A stretch of 64,000 nt of DNA. Source: Octopus sinensis. Lineage: Eukaryota. The notes beneath the pieces were generated by a model. The model saw nothing but the letters and a program-made list of their open reading frames with translations, did not search any database and was not told the origin of the DNA. Positions 24,588 to 36,451 of this stretch are shown here, in pieces. The stretch lies in the NCBI RefSeq assembly GCF_006345805.1, contig NC_043010.1, positions 12,462,001-12,526,000 on the forward strand, written 5' to 3'. Numbering within the stretch: position 1 is the first letter of the stretch; each line of letters starts with the position of its first letter. The position numbers and the translations under genes were made by a program.

Positions 24588-25567
24588 CTGTAGAGAGAGA
24601 GAAGCTTTAGTAAACTATGCCTTATAAAGATGTATTTATACTCATCTGTGACACTAGGCAGATTAAATTCTTGGAAATTTTGTCATGGAAAACATATAGA
24701 TATGAAAAGCATTATGGAAACATTTACAGATCTAAAGCTGAGAAAAAAAATTTGTTTTCGTTTGGATAATGCATTTTCTTTTGTTTATATTTTCTATTTC
24801 ATTAAGAGAAAATTTGTTATATCTGCTAGAATTTACAGCATCCTTTCACGCTTTCTCTCAAACATCCAACTTCCATCCAATTTTTGTTTATGACAAAAAC
24901 AAGTCAAGCCATTACCAATAATGTAGATACATGCTCTCCCTCCATCCCTCTCTCTTTTCTCTCCTCCCTTCGCCTCCCTCTCCCCTTCTCCCATCCTCTC
25001 TCTCTCTTTCCTTTTCCCTTCTCCCCTAGTTATATTAATGTAAAGATTTGAAACTTTGATGCTGTGTTTAACTGCTCTCTTACAAATTGTAATAAACACT
25101 TTCTCTTAAACTTGTAGTTCTTCAGCCTTGTAAAAATTTCAAACTGTTGAGTAAGGCCTATGAAACTAGGAATATTTCAGAAGTGGTTGAGAAAGCATCA
25201 AGATGTCCCTGGTTGAAAAGTGATAATCAATGGAGTCAGTAGAATACTCCTTGGACACAGGTCTAGGTTTGATCAATTTGGTTGAGCTGCCTGGATGATG
25301 AACAGTGTACCCCCAGATTATAACATTGACGATGTGTCCAGTTGTTGCATCTGTAGATGTATGTTGAACTAAGGGTACTTAAATTCACCTTCCCTAGAAT
25401 AATACCAACAGTAGGTTTGATTCTGACCATCTCACATCATGTTGTATTCTCTATTCCAAGCAACTAACATCTTTCAGATAGTGATCTGTCCATTTTAGGC
25501 AGAAGACTAAACTTTACCCCACTCAACAGCAAGCTAAAAGAGTTTGGTCACTATATTGGAGAACATT

Positions 25568-25808
25568 AAGGCAGCAAGCTGGCAGAATCGCTAGCACACC
25601 GGGCGAAATGCGTAGCCATATTTCGTCTGCTGATACGTGTTCTGGGTTCAAATTCCGCCGAGGTCGACTTTGCCTTTCATCCTTTCGGGGTCGATAAATT
25701 AAGTACCAGTTATGTACTGGGGTCGATGTAATCGACTTAATTCCTTTGTCTGTCCTTGTTTGTCCCCCTCTGTGTTTAGCCCCTTGTGGGTAGTAAAGAA
25801 ATAGAAAT
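25568..25808 (+). mobile_element. SINE-B, full length
   Basis: SINE-B consensus. Confidence 0.92.
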
Positions 25809-26164
25809 ATATACTGGAGAACATTTTCTTCATCAAACATAACTGAGGGCATTTTCAGTGATATACAAAACAGATTTTGGTTTATTGAAGTTTTTACAGA
25901 ACTCGAACAACAAATGTCTGCATGAACACCTGACCTTGGTAAGTTCTAATCCATTGATCTGGTTTTGAAAAATCGTTGCTGTGATTCGTATACTTTTTAC
26001 ACTCTTACTTGTTTCATCTCAAGAGCCATGGCCATTCTGGGGCACTGCCAATGAACAAGCACAAACAAGAATGACCTTTCCATGGCAATCTCGTCTGATT
26101 GGCAAAACCTTACATGTATGCATTTAATTTTAATAAGTGTTTCAAATTACTAAATACTGGTTTC

Positions 26165-26392
26165 ACATTTTAGCACGAGGCCAGCAATTTTGGAGAAGTG
26201 GGTACGTCGATTACATCAACCCCAGTGATGTATACATTTCATTGTATACAACTTGTATACATTTTATTGACCCTGAAAGGATGAAAGATGAAGTCGACCT
26301 CAGCACAATTTGAACTCACAACATAAAGACAGATAAAATGCCACTAAGCATTTTACCTTGCGTGCTAACAATTCTGCCAGCTCACTACCTTT
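26165..26392 (-). mobile_element. SINE-B older variant
   Basis: Degenerate SINE-B with alternative tail. Confidence 0.75.
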
Positions 26393-26599
26393 CTCAAATT
26401 ACTAAATTATTACTGTTGATGAACACCATACAGATCATTACCTCTGAAGCAGGTGTAATATCTCAATCAAAGCAGTAAGCAAGAAAGGAACTGGAATCAC
26501 ACAACAATCAAACTAATTGACAACAATGTAGCCGTAGTTATTTGTCAAAGAGGCTATCCTGTACTTTAAAGGCCCCAATATACCCCTCTGTTCTCCCTC

Positions 26600-27590
26600 C
26601 CACAGCTAATAACAATCATCACTACATATCATACTTTCACGCTCTATTTTATTCCTAAGCAACAAAAATTCAACCATCTTAGTGCATCCTGTTTTCTCCG
26701 CCTTTAATTATTCTACTGAACACTTTCTTCTCTAGCAGCCTTGGTAAATTCATGTTATCCTACCTTCACATATTAAGGATCCTGACCACGTCCTTAACCT
26801 CCTCAACTGTCTTACCTTCTCATGTGGATCCTATCAACTCCCAATGCAAACTCTCTGTACACTGTCTTCCCCATAATGATGGATTCTTAATCCTTAAACG
26901 TTTCTTTGACACAGTCTTTCCTTAAACCCCTTACAACCACTTTCCTTCCTTGAGCTGGACCTGTCCTTACCCTCAACTGTTCCCCTTCACCAGTGACTTC
27001 TATCAACACACTAGCAGGGTAACTATGGGTCCTAAGATGGCCATAATAATACATATTTCTTTATTACCCACAAGGGGCTAAACACAGAGGGGACAAACAA
27101 GGACAGACATAGGTATTAAGTCGATTACATCGACCCCAGTGCATAACTGGTACTTAATTTATCGACCCCGAAAGGATGAAAGGCAAAGTCGACCTCAGCG
27201 GAATTTGAACTCACAACGTAACGGCAGACGAAATACCGCTAAGCATTTTGCCCGGCGCGCTGACGTTTCTGCCAGCTCGCCATACCAACTTCTTTGAGGG
27301 CCATAATGAGGCCCAAATCTTTGACCAGTCATTGGTTTTACTCTGATTTCTATAGTAATTAACATTGATGGCTGCATCATTGGTACCACACTCCCTGGAG
27401 ATGATTATTTTGTGGCTATTTGTTTCATTAATAATTCTTAACCATCTCTAGAGTCCAGCTCTGCCATTTCCAATCCTTCAGTCTCCTCCCTTGATATTGT
27501 TGTCATTATCGGTTATCTCTCACATGTCCAAATACTGACTCAACAGTCATATATTGATTTTTGCCTCATTTCGCTCTTCTTATACAAGAT
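26600..27590 (+). mobile_element. Heavily decayed Penelope-like reverse transcriptase, split by SINE-B at 27054-27281
   Basis: Frameshifted pieces occur in PLE-RT order: LYFIPK (LYxLPKIHK), LPSHIKDPDHVLNLL (LPSYIKDT), NSLYT..HNDG, LVLTLNC.F..DFYQHTSRVTMGPKMA, ANFFEG..EAQI, IDG (YIDD position), SLDIVV. Confidence 0.72.
27054..27281 (-). mobile_element. SINE-B, full length
   Basis: SINE-B consensus. Confidence 0.92.
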
Positions 27591-27685
27591 CTACCATCCC
27601 ATTCTTAGAATCAATCGAATATACATTAATGACTTGAATTTTTCTTTTTCTTTTTCTTTTTTTCAAAATCCTATGAAGTGTACCA

Positions 27686-27962
27686 TTTCTATATTTAAGA
27701 TATAAGGAATTATGCACATTATTTACATTATTTACATTTGACAGATACTTGCCCTCATCTTGTTTGTTGTTATCACAACGTTTCGGCTGATATACTCTCC
27801 AGCCTTCATCAGGTGTCTTGGAGAAATTTTGAACCAGGGTTCTTATTCCTAAAGTATTTTTCAATATTATTATTATTATTATTATTATTCAGGTCACTGC
27901 CTGGAATCGAACTCGGAATCTTGGGGTTAGTAGCCCACACTCTTAACCACTATGCCATATGC
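27686..27962 (-). mobile_element. SINE-F: tRNA head, (AAT)n linker, 3' region with hammerhead core
   Basis: Element strand: GCATATGGCATAGTGGTTAAGAG (A box) ... GAGTTCGATTCCAGGC (B box) ... CTGATGA...GAAACGTT. Confidence 0.88.
27774..27815 (-). ncRNA. Minimal type I hammerhead ribozyme motif, Penelope-like
   Basis: CAC-CUGAUGA-A-GGCUG[gagaguauau]CAGCC-GAAA-CG-UU-GUG: intact catalytic boxes, 5-bp stem II, palindromic ACGU in place of stem III, 3-bp stem I. Activity untested. Confidence 0.7.
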
Positions 27963-27964
27963 TC

Positions 27965-28130
27965 GAATAGTTTAAATATAACTAAAAATTTAGTAAAAAT
28001 AACTTAGTTACCATTAAACTAGTATTAGGAACATAAACTGTGACTAAGGTTCGGTGAAAAATTTTAATTCAGAACTATTGCACTACAGAGCCAGAGGCAG
28101 TTTCAGCCAGGTTGGTATCAAAAGGGTTAA
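27965..28130 (-). mobile_element. piggyBac-type MITE family G, partial
   Basis: Reverse complement of 12513-12700; ends in AAAGGG-TTAA. Confidence 0.75.
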
Positions 28131-28292
28131 ATGGTCCAATTTTGTACATTACACTTGTCCACTCCATCCCCATCAGCCAGTTCATAATTGTCCCCCAAAA
28201 CTCAATTCCATTTCACGGCCCACTCTAACTATGCTTCCAACAACCTCATTTATTTGGATAAAATGTATAAATATAATATACTGGTACTCTAT

Positions 28293-29945
28293 CATCATCA
28301 TTGTTTGACCGTGGTCGAGACAATGGAATTTACCATGCTACTCCAGACTTCACGGTCCATCATAGCATTACGGAGGTCCTGTTGCTGGATACCTGTATCC
28401 CTGGAGATTACATCAGGGTAGGAGAGTGTGCACCCTCTGGTTTCGTGACCGTGGTCGAGACAATGGAATTTACCATGCTACGCCAGACTTCACGGTCCAT
28501 CATAGCATTACGGAGGTCCTGTTGCTGGATACCTGCATCCCTGGAGATTACATCAGGGTAGGAGAGTGTGCACCTTTGGTTTCGCGACCGTGGTCGAGAC
28601 AATGGAATTACCATGCTACGCCAGACTTCACGGTCCATCATAGCATTACGGAGGTCCTGTTGCTGGATACCTGTATCCCTGGAGATTACATCAGGTAGGA
28701 GAGTGTGCACCCTTTGGTTTCGCGACCGTGGTCGAGACAATGGAATTTACCATGCACGCCAGACTTCACGGTCATCATAGCATTAGGAGGTCCTGTTGCT
28801 GGATACCTGTATCCCTGGAGATTACATCAGGGTAGGAGAGTGTGCACCCTCTGGTTTCGTGACCGTGGTCGAGACAATGGAATTTACCATGCTACGCCAG
28901 ACTTCACGGTCCATCATAGCATTACGGAGGTCCTGTTGCTGGATACCTGTATCCCTGGAGATTACATCAGGGTAGGAGAGTGTGCACCCTTTGGTTTTGC
29001 GACCGTGGTCGAGACAATGGAATTTACCATGCTACGCCAGACTTCACGGTCCATCATAGCATTACGGAGGTCCTGTTGCTGGATACCTGTATCCCTGGAG
29101 ATTACATCAGGGTAGGAGAGTGTGCACCCTCTGGTTTCGTGACCGTGGTCGAGACAATGGAATTTACCATGCTACGCCAGACTTCACGGTCCATCATAGC
29201 ATTACGGAGGTCCTGTTGCTGGATACCTGCATCCCTGGAGATTACATCAGGGTAGGAGAGTGTGCACCCTTTGGTTTCGCGACCGTGGTCGAGACAATGG
29301 AATTTACCATGCTACGCCAGACTTCACGGTCCATCATAGCATTACGGAGGTCCTGTTGCTGGATACCTGTATCCCTGGAGATTACATCAGGGTAGGAGAG
29401 TGTGCAGCCTTTGGTTTCGCGACCGTGGTCGAGACAATGGAATTTACCATGCTACGCCAGACTTCACGGTCCATCATAGCATTACGGAGGTCCTGTTGCT
29501 GGATACCTGTATCCCTGGAGATTACATCAGGGTAGGAGAGTGTGCACCCTCTGGTTTCGTGACCGTGGTCGAGACAATGGAATTTACCATGCTACGCCAG
29601 ACTTCACGGTCCATCATAGCATTAGGAGGTCCTGTTGCTGGATACCTGTATCCCGGAGATTACATCAGGGTAGGAGAGTGTGCACCCTTTGGTTCGCGAC
29701 CGTGGTCGAGACAATGGAATTTACCATGCTACGCCAGACTTCACGGTCCATCATAGCATTACGGAGGTCCTGTTGCTGGATACCTGTATCCCTGGAGATT
29801 AAATCAGGGTAGGAGAGTGTGTGCCCTCTGGTATCGCAAGTAGATGGCTTCCAGAGGAGAAGAGCAAAAATTACCTCATTTTCAGCTCTACAACCAATGT
29901 CCAGCAAACTGGACTCTTCTACCTTTCACAAGAGATGGCACTCTA
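28293..29945 (-). mobile_element. RTE-X-type LINE 3' fragment with (TGA)n tail whose last 140 bp is amplified
   Basis: Minus strand reads SLVKGRRVQFAGH(fs)CRAENEVIFALLLWKPS...TLSYPDLISRDTGIQQQDLRNAMMDREVWRSMVNSIVSTTV, ending KQ-TGA-TGA-TGA at 28293; fits the RTE/RTE-X C-terminal RRxxFAGH...LLWxP...DTG...MxDRxxWR pattern. Confidence 0.85.
28307..29837. repeat. Tandem array, 11 units of about 140 bp, derived from an RTE-X LINE 3' end
   Basis: Units start at 28307, 28447, 28586, 28724, 28861, 29001, 29141, 29281, 29421, 29561 and 29698; near-identical; no variable spacers. Confidence 0.98.
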
Positions 29946-30245
29946 ACAGTTATGACGGTGAGTGTTGCAGTTGATCCACTCAATGGAACAGCCTACTTGT
30001 GGAATTAATGTGCAAGCGGCTGAGTACTCCACAGACATGCTTATAATTAACATAGTTACCAGGGGAGATTCAGTGTGACACAGAATGTGACAAGGCTGAC
30101 GTTTTGAAATAGAGGTACAGTTCATTTTGAATTGGAGCAACCTGAAATAAAGTGTCTTGTTCAAGGACATGACAAGCCACCAGGAATCAAACTCAAGACC
30201 TTACAATCCTGAGCTGAATACCCTAACCAATAAGCTACGTACTTT
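29946..30245 (-). mobile_element. Older chimeric SINE: E-type head, D-type tail
   Basis: Head resembles 11230-11339; tail resembles 47965-48150. Confidence 0.72.
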
Positions 30246-30587
30246 CAAATGCCTGTATGTGGGTGAAACATATAGGCATGTGGCTTTCTGTGCAAAATAC
30301 ATGCTTGTTAACACGCTCACTGTCTAATTACAACACCAGTGCCTGTTCAGGCACTGATTTTCTATGTATTGCTAGCAGGGAGATGAGTTACTGCTATTGC
30401 TAATGGAGGAGTGTCCATTACTGATGAGAACAAGGAAAGTCGAAAACACATGATCTGGTGGTTTCAGCACTGGCGATATAAACAAGAATATATTTTGCAA
30501 CAAAAGACAATATGAGAGTTTCTCTCAGAGCATCTATTGCAGTAAAGTTTGTTCTAACATCCACATTTAAGGGGAATAAATATTACC

Positions 30588-30638
<51 letters not shown>

Positions 30639-30711
30639 GTGTGTGTATATAAACACACACATATACATACAAATATACATATATGTGTGTATGTATGTAT
30701 GAATGCATATA

Positions 30712-31092
30712 TCATCATCATCCTCATCATTTAACATTCGTTTTCCATGCTAGCATAGGTTGGACGGTTCGACCGGGGTCTGGGAAGCCAGGTGGCTGCA
30801 CCAAGCTCCAGTCTGATCTGGCAGTGTTTCTACAGCTGGATTCCCTTCCTAACGCCAACCACTTCGTGAGTGTAGTGAGTGCTTTTTACATGCCACCGGC
30901 ACAGGGGCCAGAGGAGGCTGGCAAACGTCCACGATTGGTTGGTGCTTTTTACGTGCCACCGGCATGGACGCCAGTCAAGGCGGCGCTGGCATCAACCACG
31001 TTCAGATGGTGTTTTTTATGTGCCACCGGCACCAGTATCACAACTACAATTTCCGTTTGATTTTTATTTTGATGCTGATGTACTTGACCCAA
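30712..31092 (-). mobile_element. Element C, long copy
   Basis: Element C consensus with three 5' subrepeats. Confidence 0.87.
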
Positions 31093-31107
31093 TAAATCTC
31101 CTCAAGT

Positions 31108-31152
<45 letters not shown>

Positions 31153-31164
31153 AATAAAGTTAAT

Positions 31165-31343
31165 CCAAACAAGAAAACAAAAACTAAAAAACAACAACGC
31201 AAGGACGTGGAACAAATAAAGTATTATTGGACGCTCAGGAAAGAAGGGAAGCGGAGCTCTTCGTCGGAAACATAGGAGAAGGAAAGATCCTGAGAAGGGA
31301 AGACGGAGGAAAAAAAATCGCTAGTGATACAGACGAGGTCACA

Positions 31344-31345
<2 letters not shown>
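31165..31345 (-). mobile_element. Penelope-like terminal-repeat fragment between (TA)n tracts
   Basis: Contains CCGACGAAGAGCTCCGCT, a hammerhead-like first box and stem II with GAAAC lost. Confidence 0.45.
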
Positions 31346-31373
<28 letters not shown>

Positions 31374-31377
<4 letters not shown>

Positions 31378-31600
31378 GGTTTGATGGATAAATTATCTCC
31401 ATTTTATATTTTTAATTTCGTGCATGCACATTGTGTTTGTTTTTGATTTTGTCGACTACACAGTATAGTAGGGTCAGTAGGGCACCGTTATAAGAAAAAC
31501 AGCACCATGGCGTAGTTCACTCTGTCAGAAATTTTTGAAACAACATGCTGTACTGCTTGGCATTTGCCCTGGAAGCTCCAATACGAACATTCCAGTGTGT
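31374..31600 (+). mobile_element. Tc1/mariner-like left-end fragment
   Basis: TA|CAGGGTTTGATGGATAAATTATCTCC start resembles a mariner TIR; no matching right TIR found. Confidence 0.45.
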
Positions 31601-32612
31601 TTGGGTGTCAGTCTGGGGACATATACCAAGAGAGATTAAAATGAAGCATCCAGTCAACATTGTGGTTGTTGCTGTTGTTGTTGTTGTTGTTGTTGTTATC
31701 ATTGCTTTTGTTGTTGTTTAACTGGTCCGAGACCAAACCTGACTGAGCAGACTATCAAGGCATTACTTTCGTAACTTAAACCTTGTTTCGTTATTTAGTC
31801 TCCAGCCCTCTGGTAAAAGACTTTCCAAACATGACCATCCCCTCTTTTGAAGATCATCTAGTTCAATGTGTTTCTTCCCTGTTTTCATTTTTCAAGATGG
31901 AATTGTGTTATTTAAGGGAGGTTTCGCTATTATTTCTAGCAACCATGCTGTGACCGTGTGTTCCATTTAAGGGCGTTCGGTCTCCATAGGAGACAGAAGA
32001 TGCGATTTGAAGGCGATTTTGCTGCTATTTCTAGCAGGTCAAGCGACCACGTCGAGGTTACTTCGTTATGTGACGTGGTAGGGACGGCTGATTCAGTGAT
32101 ACATGATTGACAGGATCGTATGAACAAACGAAAGAGCTTTTATGTGGTTGCTAGAAATAGCAGCAAAACAATTTTTTTTTTCATAAAAAAAAAAAAGAGA
32201 AACACGTTGAACAATGTGGCCCTAGATTCTCCACAAAAGTCGGGATGGTCACGGTCGGAATATCGTTCACCAGAGGGCTGCTCAATCAAAAGTTGACCTG
32301 GAGACTAAACAACAAGAAAAGGTTCAAATTCCCAAAGTAAGGCGACATGAGATTTAATGCCAAAGTATACAGCGATAATAAAACACGTTTTTTGTCCCCT
32401 GTGTTCAATATCAGAACATTTACTTTGATTTGACGTAAGTTCAAAGTTCAACGCAGTCGTTATTAATTCTTTTGGTACAATTTAGCGGTCACTGAATACC
32501 AACCAACAGATTTCCCGCAAAGAATTTAGCAGAAATAAGGAATACATAGTTGTCTCCCTTAGATCTTGAATAAATGAATAAAAATGACAAGCAACGTTTT
32601 GTATTTTTTTTG

Positions 32613-32752
32613 TTTTTTTAACTTGTTTCAGTCATTTGACTGCGGCCATACTGGAGCACCGCCTTTTTTTAATCGAGCAACTCGACCCCGGGACTTATTC
32701 TTTTGTAAGCCCAGTACTTATTCTATCGGTCTCTTTTGCCGAACCGCTAAGT
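32613..32752 (-). mobile_element. SINE-A 3' fragment
   Basis: SINE-A tail and body. Confidence 0.88.
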
Positions 32753-32779
32753 GGTTTCTGCTGCTTTTAAATAAAGTAT

Positions 32780-33165
32780 TGGCTGTGTGGTAAGTAGCTT
32801 GCTAACCAACCACATGGTTCTGGGTTCAGTCCCACTGCGTGGCATCTTGGGCAAGTGTCTTCTGCTATAGCCCCGGGCCGACCAATGCCTTGTGAGTGGA
32901 TTTGGTAGACGGAAACTGAAAGAAGCCTGTCGTATATATGTATATATATGTGTGTGTATATGTGTTTGTTCCCCTAGCATTGCTTGACAACCGATGCTGG
33001 TGTGTTTACGTCCCCGTCACTTAGCGGTTCGGCAAAAGAGACCAATAGAATAAGTACTGGGCTTACAAAGAATAAGTTCCGGGGTTGATTTGCTCGACTA
33101 AAGGCGGTGCTCCAGCATGGCCGCAGTCAAATGACTGAAACAAGTAAAAGAGCAAAAGAGTAAAG
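32780..33165 (+). mobile_element. SINE-A, near full length
   Basis: SINE-A consensus. Confidence 0.92.
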
Positions 33166-33262
33166 ATATATATATATATATATATATATATTGGTAAAAA
33201 CGGTAAGATAACAAAAGAAAGAAAGAGACCTCAATATTATGTAAATGGAGGAATTTATCTGT

Positions 33263-33399
33263 AAATAATATGTTACAATTATTCAATAGTCAAGATAAAA
33301 CTCTGAGTTTCAGATGCCGAAGTGGAAATGGTGTTGTGGATTTCCACTTCGGCATCTGAAACTCAGTTTTATCTTGATTATTGAGTAATTGTAAAATAT

Positions 33400-33404
<5 letters not shown>
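33263..33404. repeat. Hairpin: about 65-bp arms, 10-nt loop (33330-33339), inner 27 bp perfect
   Basis: CTGAGTTTCAGATGCCGAAGTGGAAAT-ggtgttgtgg-ATTTCCACTTCGGCATCTGAAACTCAG, extending outward with few mismatches. Confidence 0.95.
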
Positions 33405-33432
<28 letters not shown>

Positions 33433-34014
33433 ATCCAAAGTTAGGGAATGGAGCAGATAAAACCCATGCTATATATGTTTGATAGCCAACAGAACCTCAG
33501 AAGAAGTAATTACCCAAACAAGGTGCAATCTGTTAGCTACTCGTCATGCCAAATATACATTAGTCAAATGAAGGTAATATTGTCAAGCTTCCTAGCTTCC
33601 TACACCTTGATCCTGGGATCTTATCTTTATACATTACTATATATATATGTGTGTGTGTATTATTTGCATATATTAGATATATGTAACTTAAATACATGTA
33701 TATATCCTAATATGCACATACACACACAAACACACAGACACACACAGTCTTGCACACATGTGCATACACACACACACCTATTGTTATGGAGACAAATGAA
33801 ATCTTTTATGTAGTTATTCCATATGTGTGTGTATCATGCTGTGCTGGTGCTTTGCAAAGGGTTATCCAGGTACAGCTCAAATTTTTAAAAAGTTTAAGGT
33901 TTTAAAAATTTGCATTAACACTTGGGCATCTTGAAAAAAAACCATTATGTTATTCATGGTTTTATTATACATGTGTATAGTTAATAAAACAAAATAAGCT
34001 ATAATGTTTCTGTA

Positions 34015-34395
34015 TGTATGTATACATGTATGTATTTGTGCATATATATATATATGTGTTTTATATATGCATGTATGTGGATGTGTGTGAGCATATAAGT
34101 GTGGGTTTATCTATTTCTCTCTATAAATATATGTATCTATGTATGCATGTATGCATGCTACATGAATGTTGTAAACATGGGTGTACATATCTGTGCATGT
34201 ATGTATGTATGTATGTATGCATGTATGTATTTGTGCATATATATATATATGTATTTATATTTGCATGTACGTGGATGTGTGTGTGAGCACATAAGTGTGG
34301 GTTTATCTATCTTTATGTATCTATGTATGCATGTATGCATACTATATGTATGTTGTAAACATGGGTGTACATATCTGTGCATGTATGTATGTACA
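34015..34395. repeat. Two-copy tandem duplication of about 190 bp of cryptic (TATG)-rich sequence
   Basis: ATAAGTGTGGGTTTATCTAT and GTTGTAAACATGGGTGTACATATCTGTGCATG each occur twice at the same spacing. Confidence 0.85.
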
Positions 34396-35185
34396 TATGT
34401 ATGTGTGTATGCATACATGTATGTATGTATGAATATATGTATGCATGTAATTATGCATGCAAACATGTATGTATGTGTATGTGTGTGTAAGTGTATATAT
34501 GTATGTATGAATGAGTGTGTAGGTGTATGTGTGAATACGTGTGTGCTTCTAAAGTCTAAACTTCAAATATATATATATATTTTTTTTTTTTACCATTCCA
34601 CATGAAATTTTTGTTTTTTCTTTCTTTTTCCTTTGAACTCCAGCGCACTGTGAAGTCAAAAACGTTGAGAACACTGCTATAATATTTTTAAAACAGAAAA
34701 AGACACGTTAGATAATGTAGTCACACAGACACTACATCCAATCCGGCAGCAAGGCAAAAGCCAAAAAGAAACCAAAAAACAACAAAAAAAAAAAAACAAA
34801 AATAAAGCAAAGAAAAAAGAAAAGAATGGACGATAAAACAGAAAACGAGTGTAGTGGTCAGGGTTTGATTGTCTTTGATCATAGATTACATCGACCAGAA
34901 CTGCCCCAGGGGTTAAACAACAATAATATATATGAAAGTCAACTAGAACTGGAAACCCTGCGTGAGGGCACCTTTGGTCAACTAGTAAACAGGGTTTGAT
35001 TCTTGCACTGCAAACTCACTTTTGATTTGGCTTCAAGTGTCATTATGTTTTATATCTAGATTCAAGTTTTATAAATTTATGAATTTAAATATAAATACTA
35101 CATCATAAGCTTCTTTATCGTTTAGGTTTCGTACTGAAAAAAAAAAAAAAAAATCAGATATGCAAATTCATGCAAAGTTATCAAT

Positions 35186-35409
35186 TTACTCTTTACTCTC
35201 TTTTACTCTTTTAACTTGTTTCAGTCATTTGACTGTGGCCATGCTGGAGCACCACCTTTAGTCAAGCAACACTCGACCCCGGGACTTATTCTTTTGTAAG
35301 CCCAGTACTTATTCTATCGGTCTCTTTTGCCAAACCGCTAAGTGACGGGAACGTAAACACACCAGCATCGGTTGTCAAGCGATGCTAGGGGGGACAAACA
35401 CAGACACAC

Positions 35410-35442
<33 letters not shown>

Positions 35443-35614
35443 CATATATACGACAGGCTTCTTTCAGTTTCCGTCTACCAAATCCACTCACAAGGCATTG
35501 GTCAGCCCGGGGCTGTAGCAGAAGACACTTGCCCAAAATGCCACACAGTGGGACTGAACTCGGAACCATGTGGTTGGTAAGCAAGCTACTTACCACACAG
35601 CCACTCCTGCACCT
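35186..35614 (-). mobile_element. SINE-A, full length
   Basis: SINE-A consensus. Confidence 0.93.
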
Positions 35615-35799
35615 ATTTGTTCTTTTTTTTTTTACTTAACTGATGCAGTCATTGACAAGACACATAAACACATACACAAACACCCCCCCACACACACACA
35701 CTGATGCATACATACATACATATTTACATACACTTATGCATTAACACATCCATCTGTCCATTTGTGCGGCTATCTGTCAATATGTCCATCCATCCATCC

Positions 35800-36262
35800 A
35801 TCCAGTCATCTGTCCATCCATACATATACACATACACACTTACGTGCACACATACATACTTACATGCATATATACATACATACATACATACATACATACA
35901 TACAATACATACATACATACACACATACATACATATAGACATACATGCATACATACATGCATACATACATATATACATACATACATACATACATACATAC
36001 ATACGTACATACATACATACATACATGCATACATACATATATACATACATACATACATACATACATACATACGTACATACGTACATACATATATGCATGC
36101 ATGCATACATACATACATACATGCATACATACATATATACATACATGCATACATACATACATACGTACATACGTACATACATATATGCATGCATGCATAC
36201 ATACATACATACATACATACATACATACATACATGTCTACATACATTGATACACACATATGC
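35800..36262. repeat. (TACA)n microsatellite
   Basis: Direct reading. Confidence 0.96.
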
Positions 36263-36451
36263 ATACAAAGAAAGACATACTTTAAAGGCAAACAAAGCCC
36301 ATAGAGGCAAATACAAACTGACTCCAAAGAAGATGGTGAGATAATCTCAAAGAATCAACAAAAAAATTTCTTGAATAATATGCCATGAAGAGAGAGATGT
36401 TTATTTTTTAACTTTTTTATTTATTTATACATTTATTTATTAAATTTTTTT

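Noticed and set aside
27900-27962. tRNA genes at A/B-box motifs (all SINE heads)
   Set aside because: No complete cloverleaf or acceptor stem; each continues into a SINE body.
28307-29837. CRISPR array or repeat-protein gene
   Set aside because: Units are near-identical along their whole length with no unique spacers and no cas genes; the 140-bp period breaks frame each unit; sequence is a LINE C-terminus.
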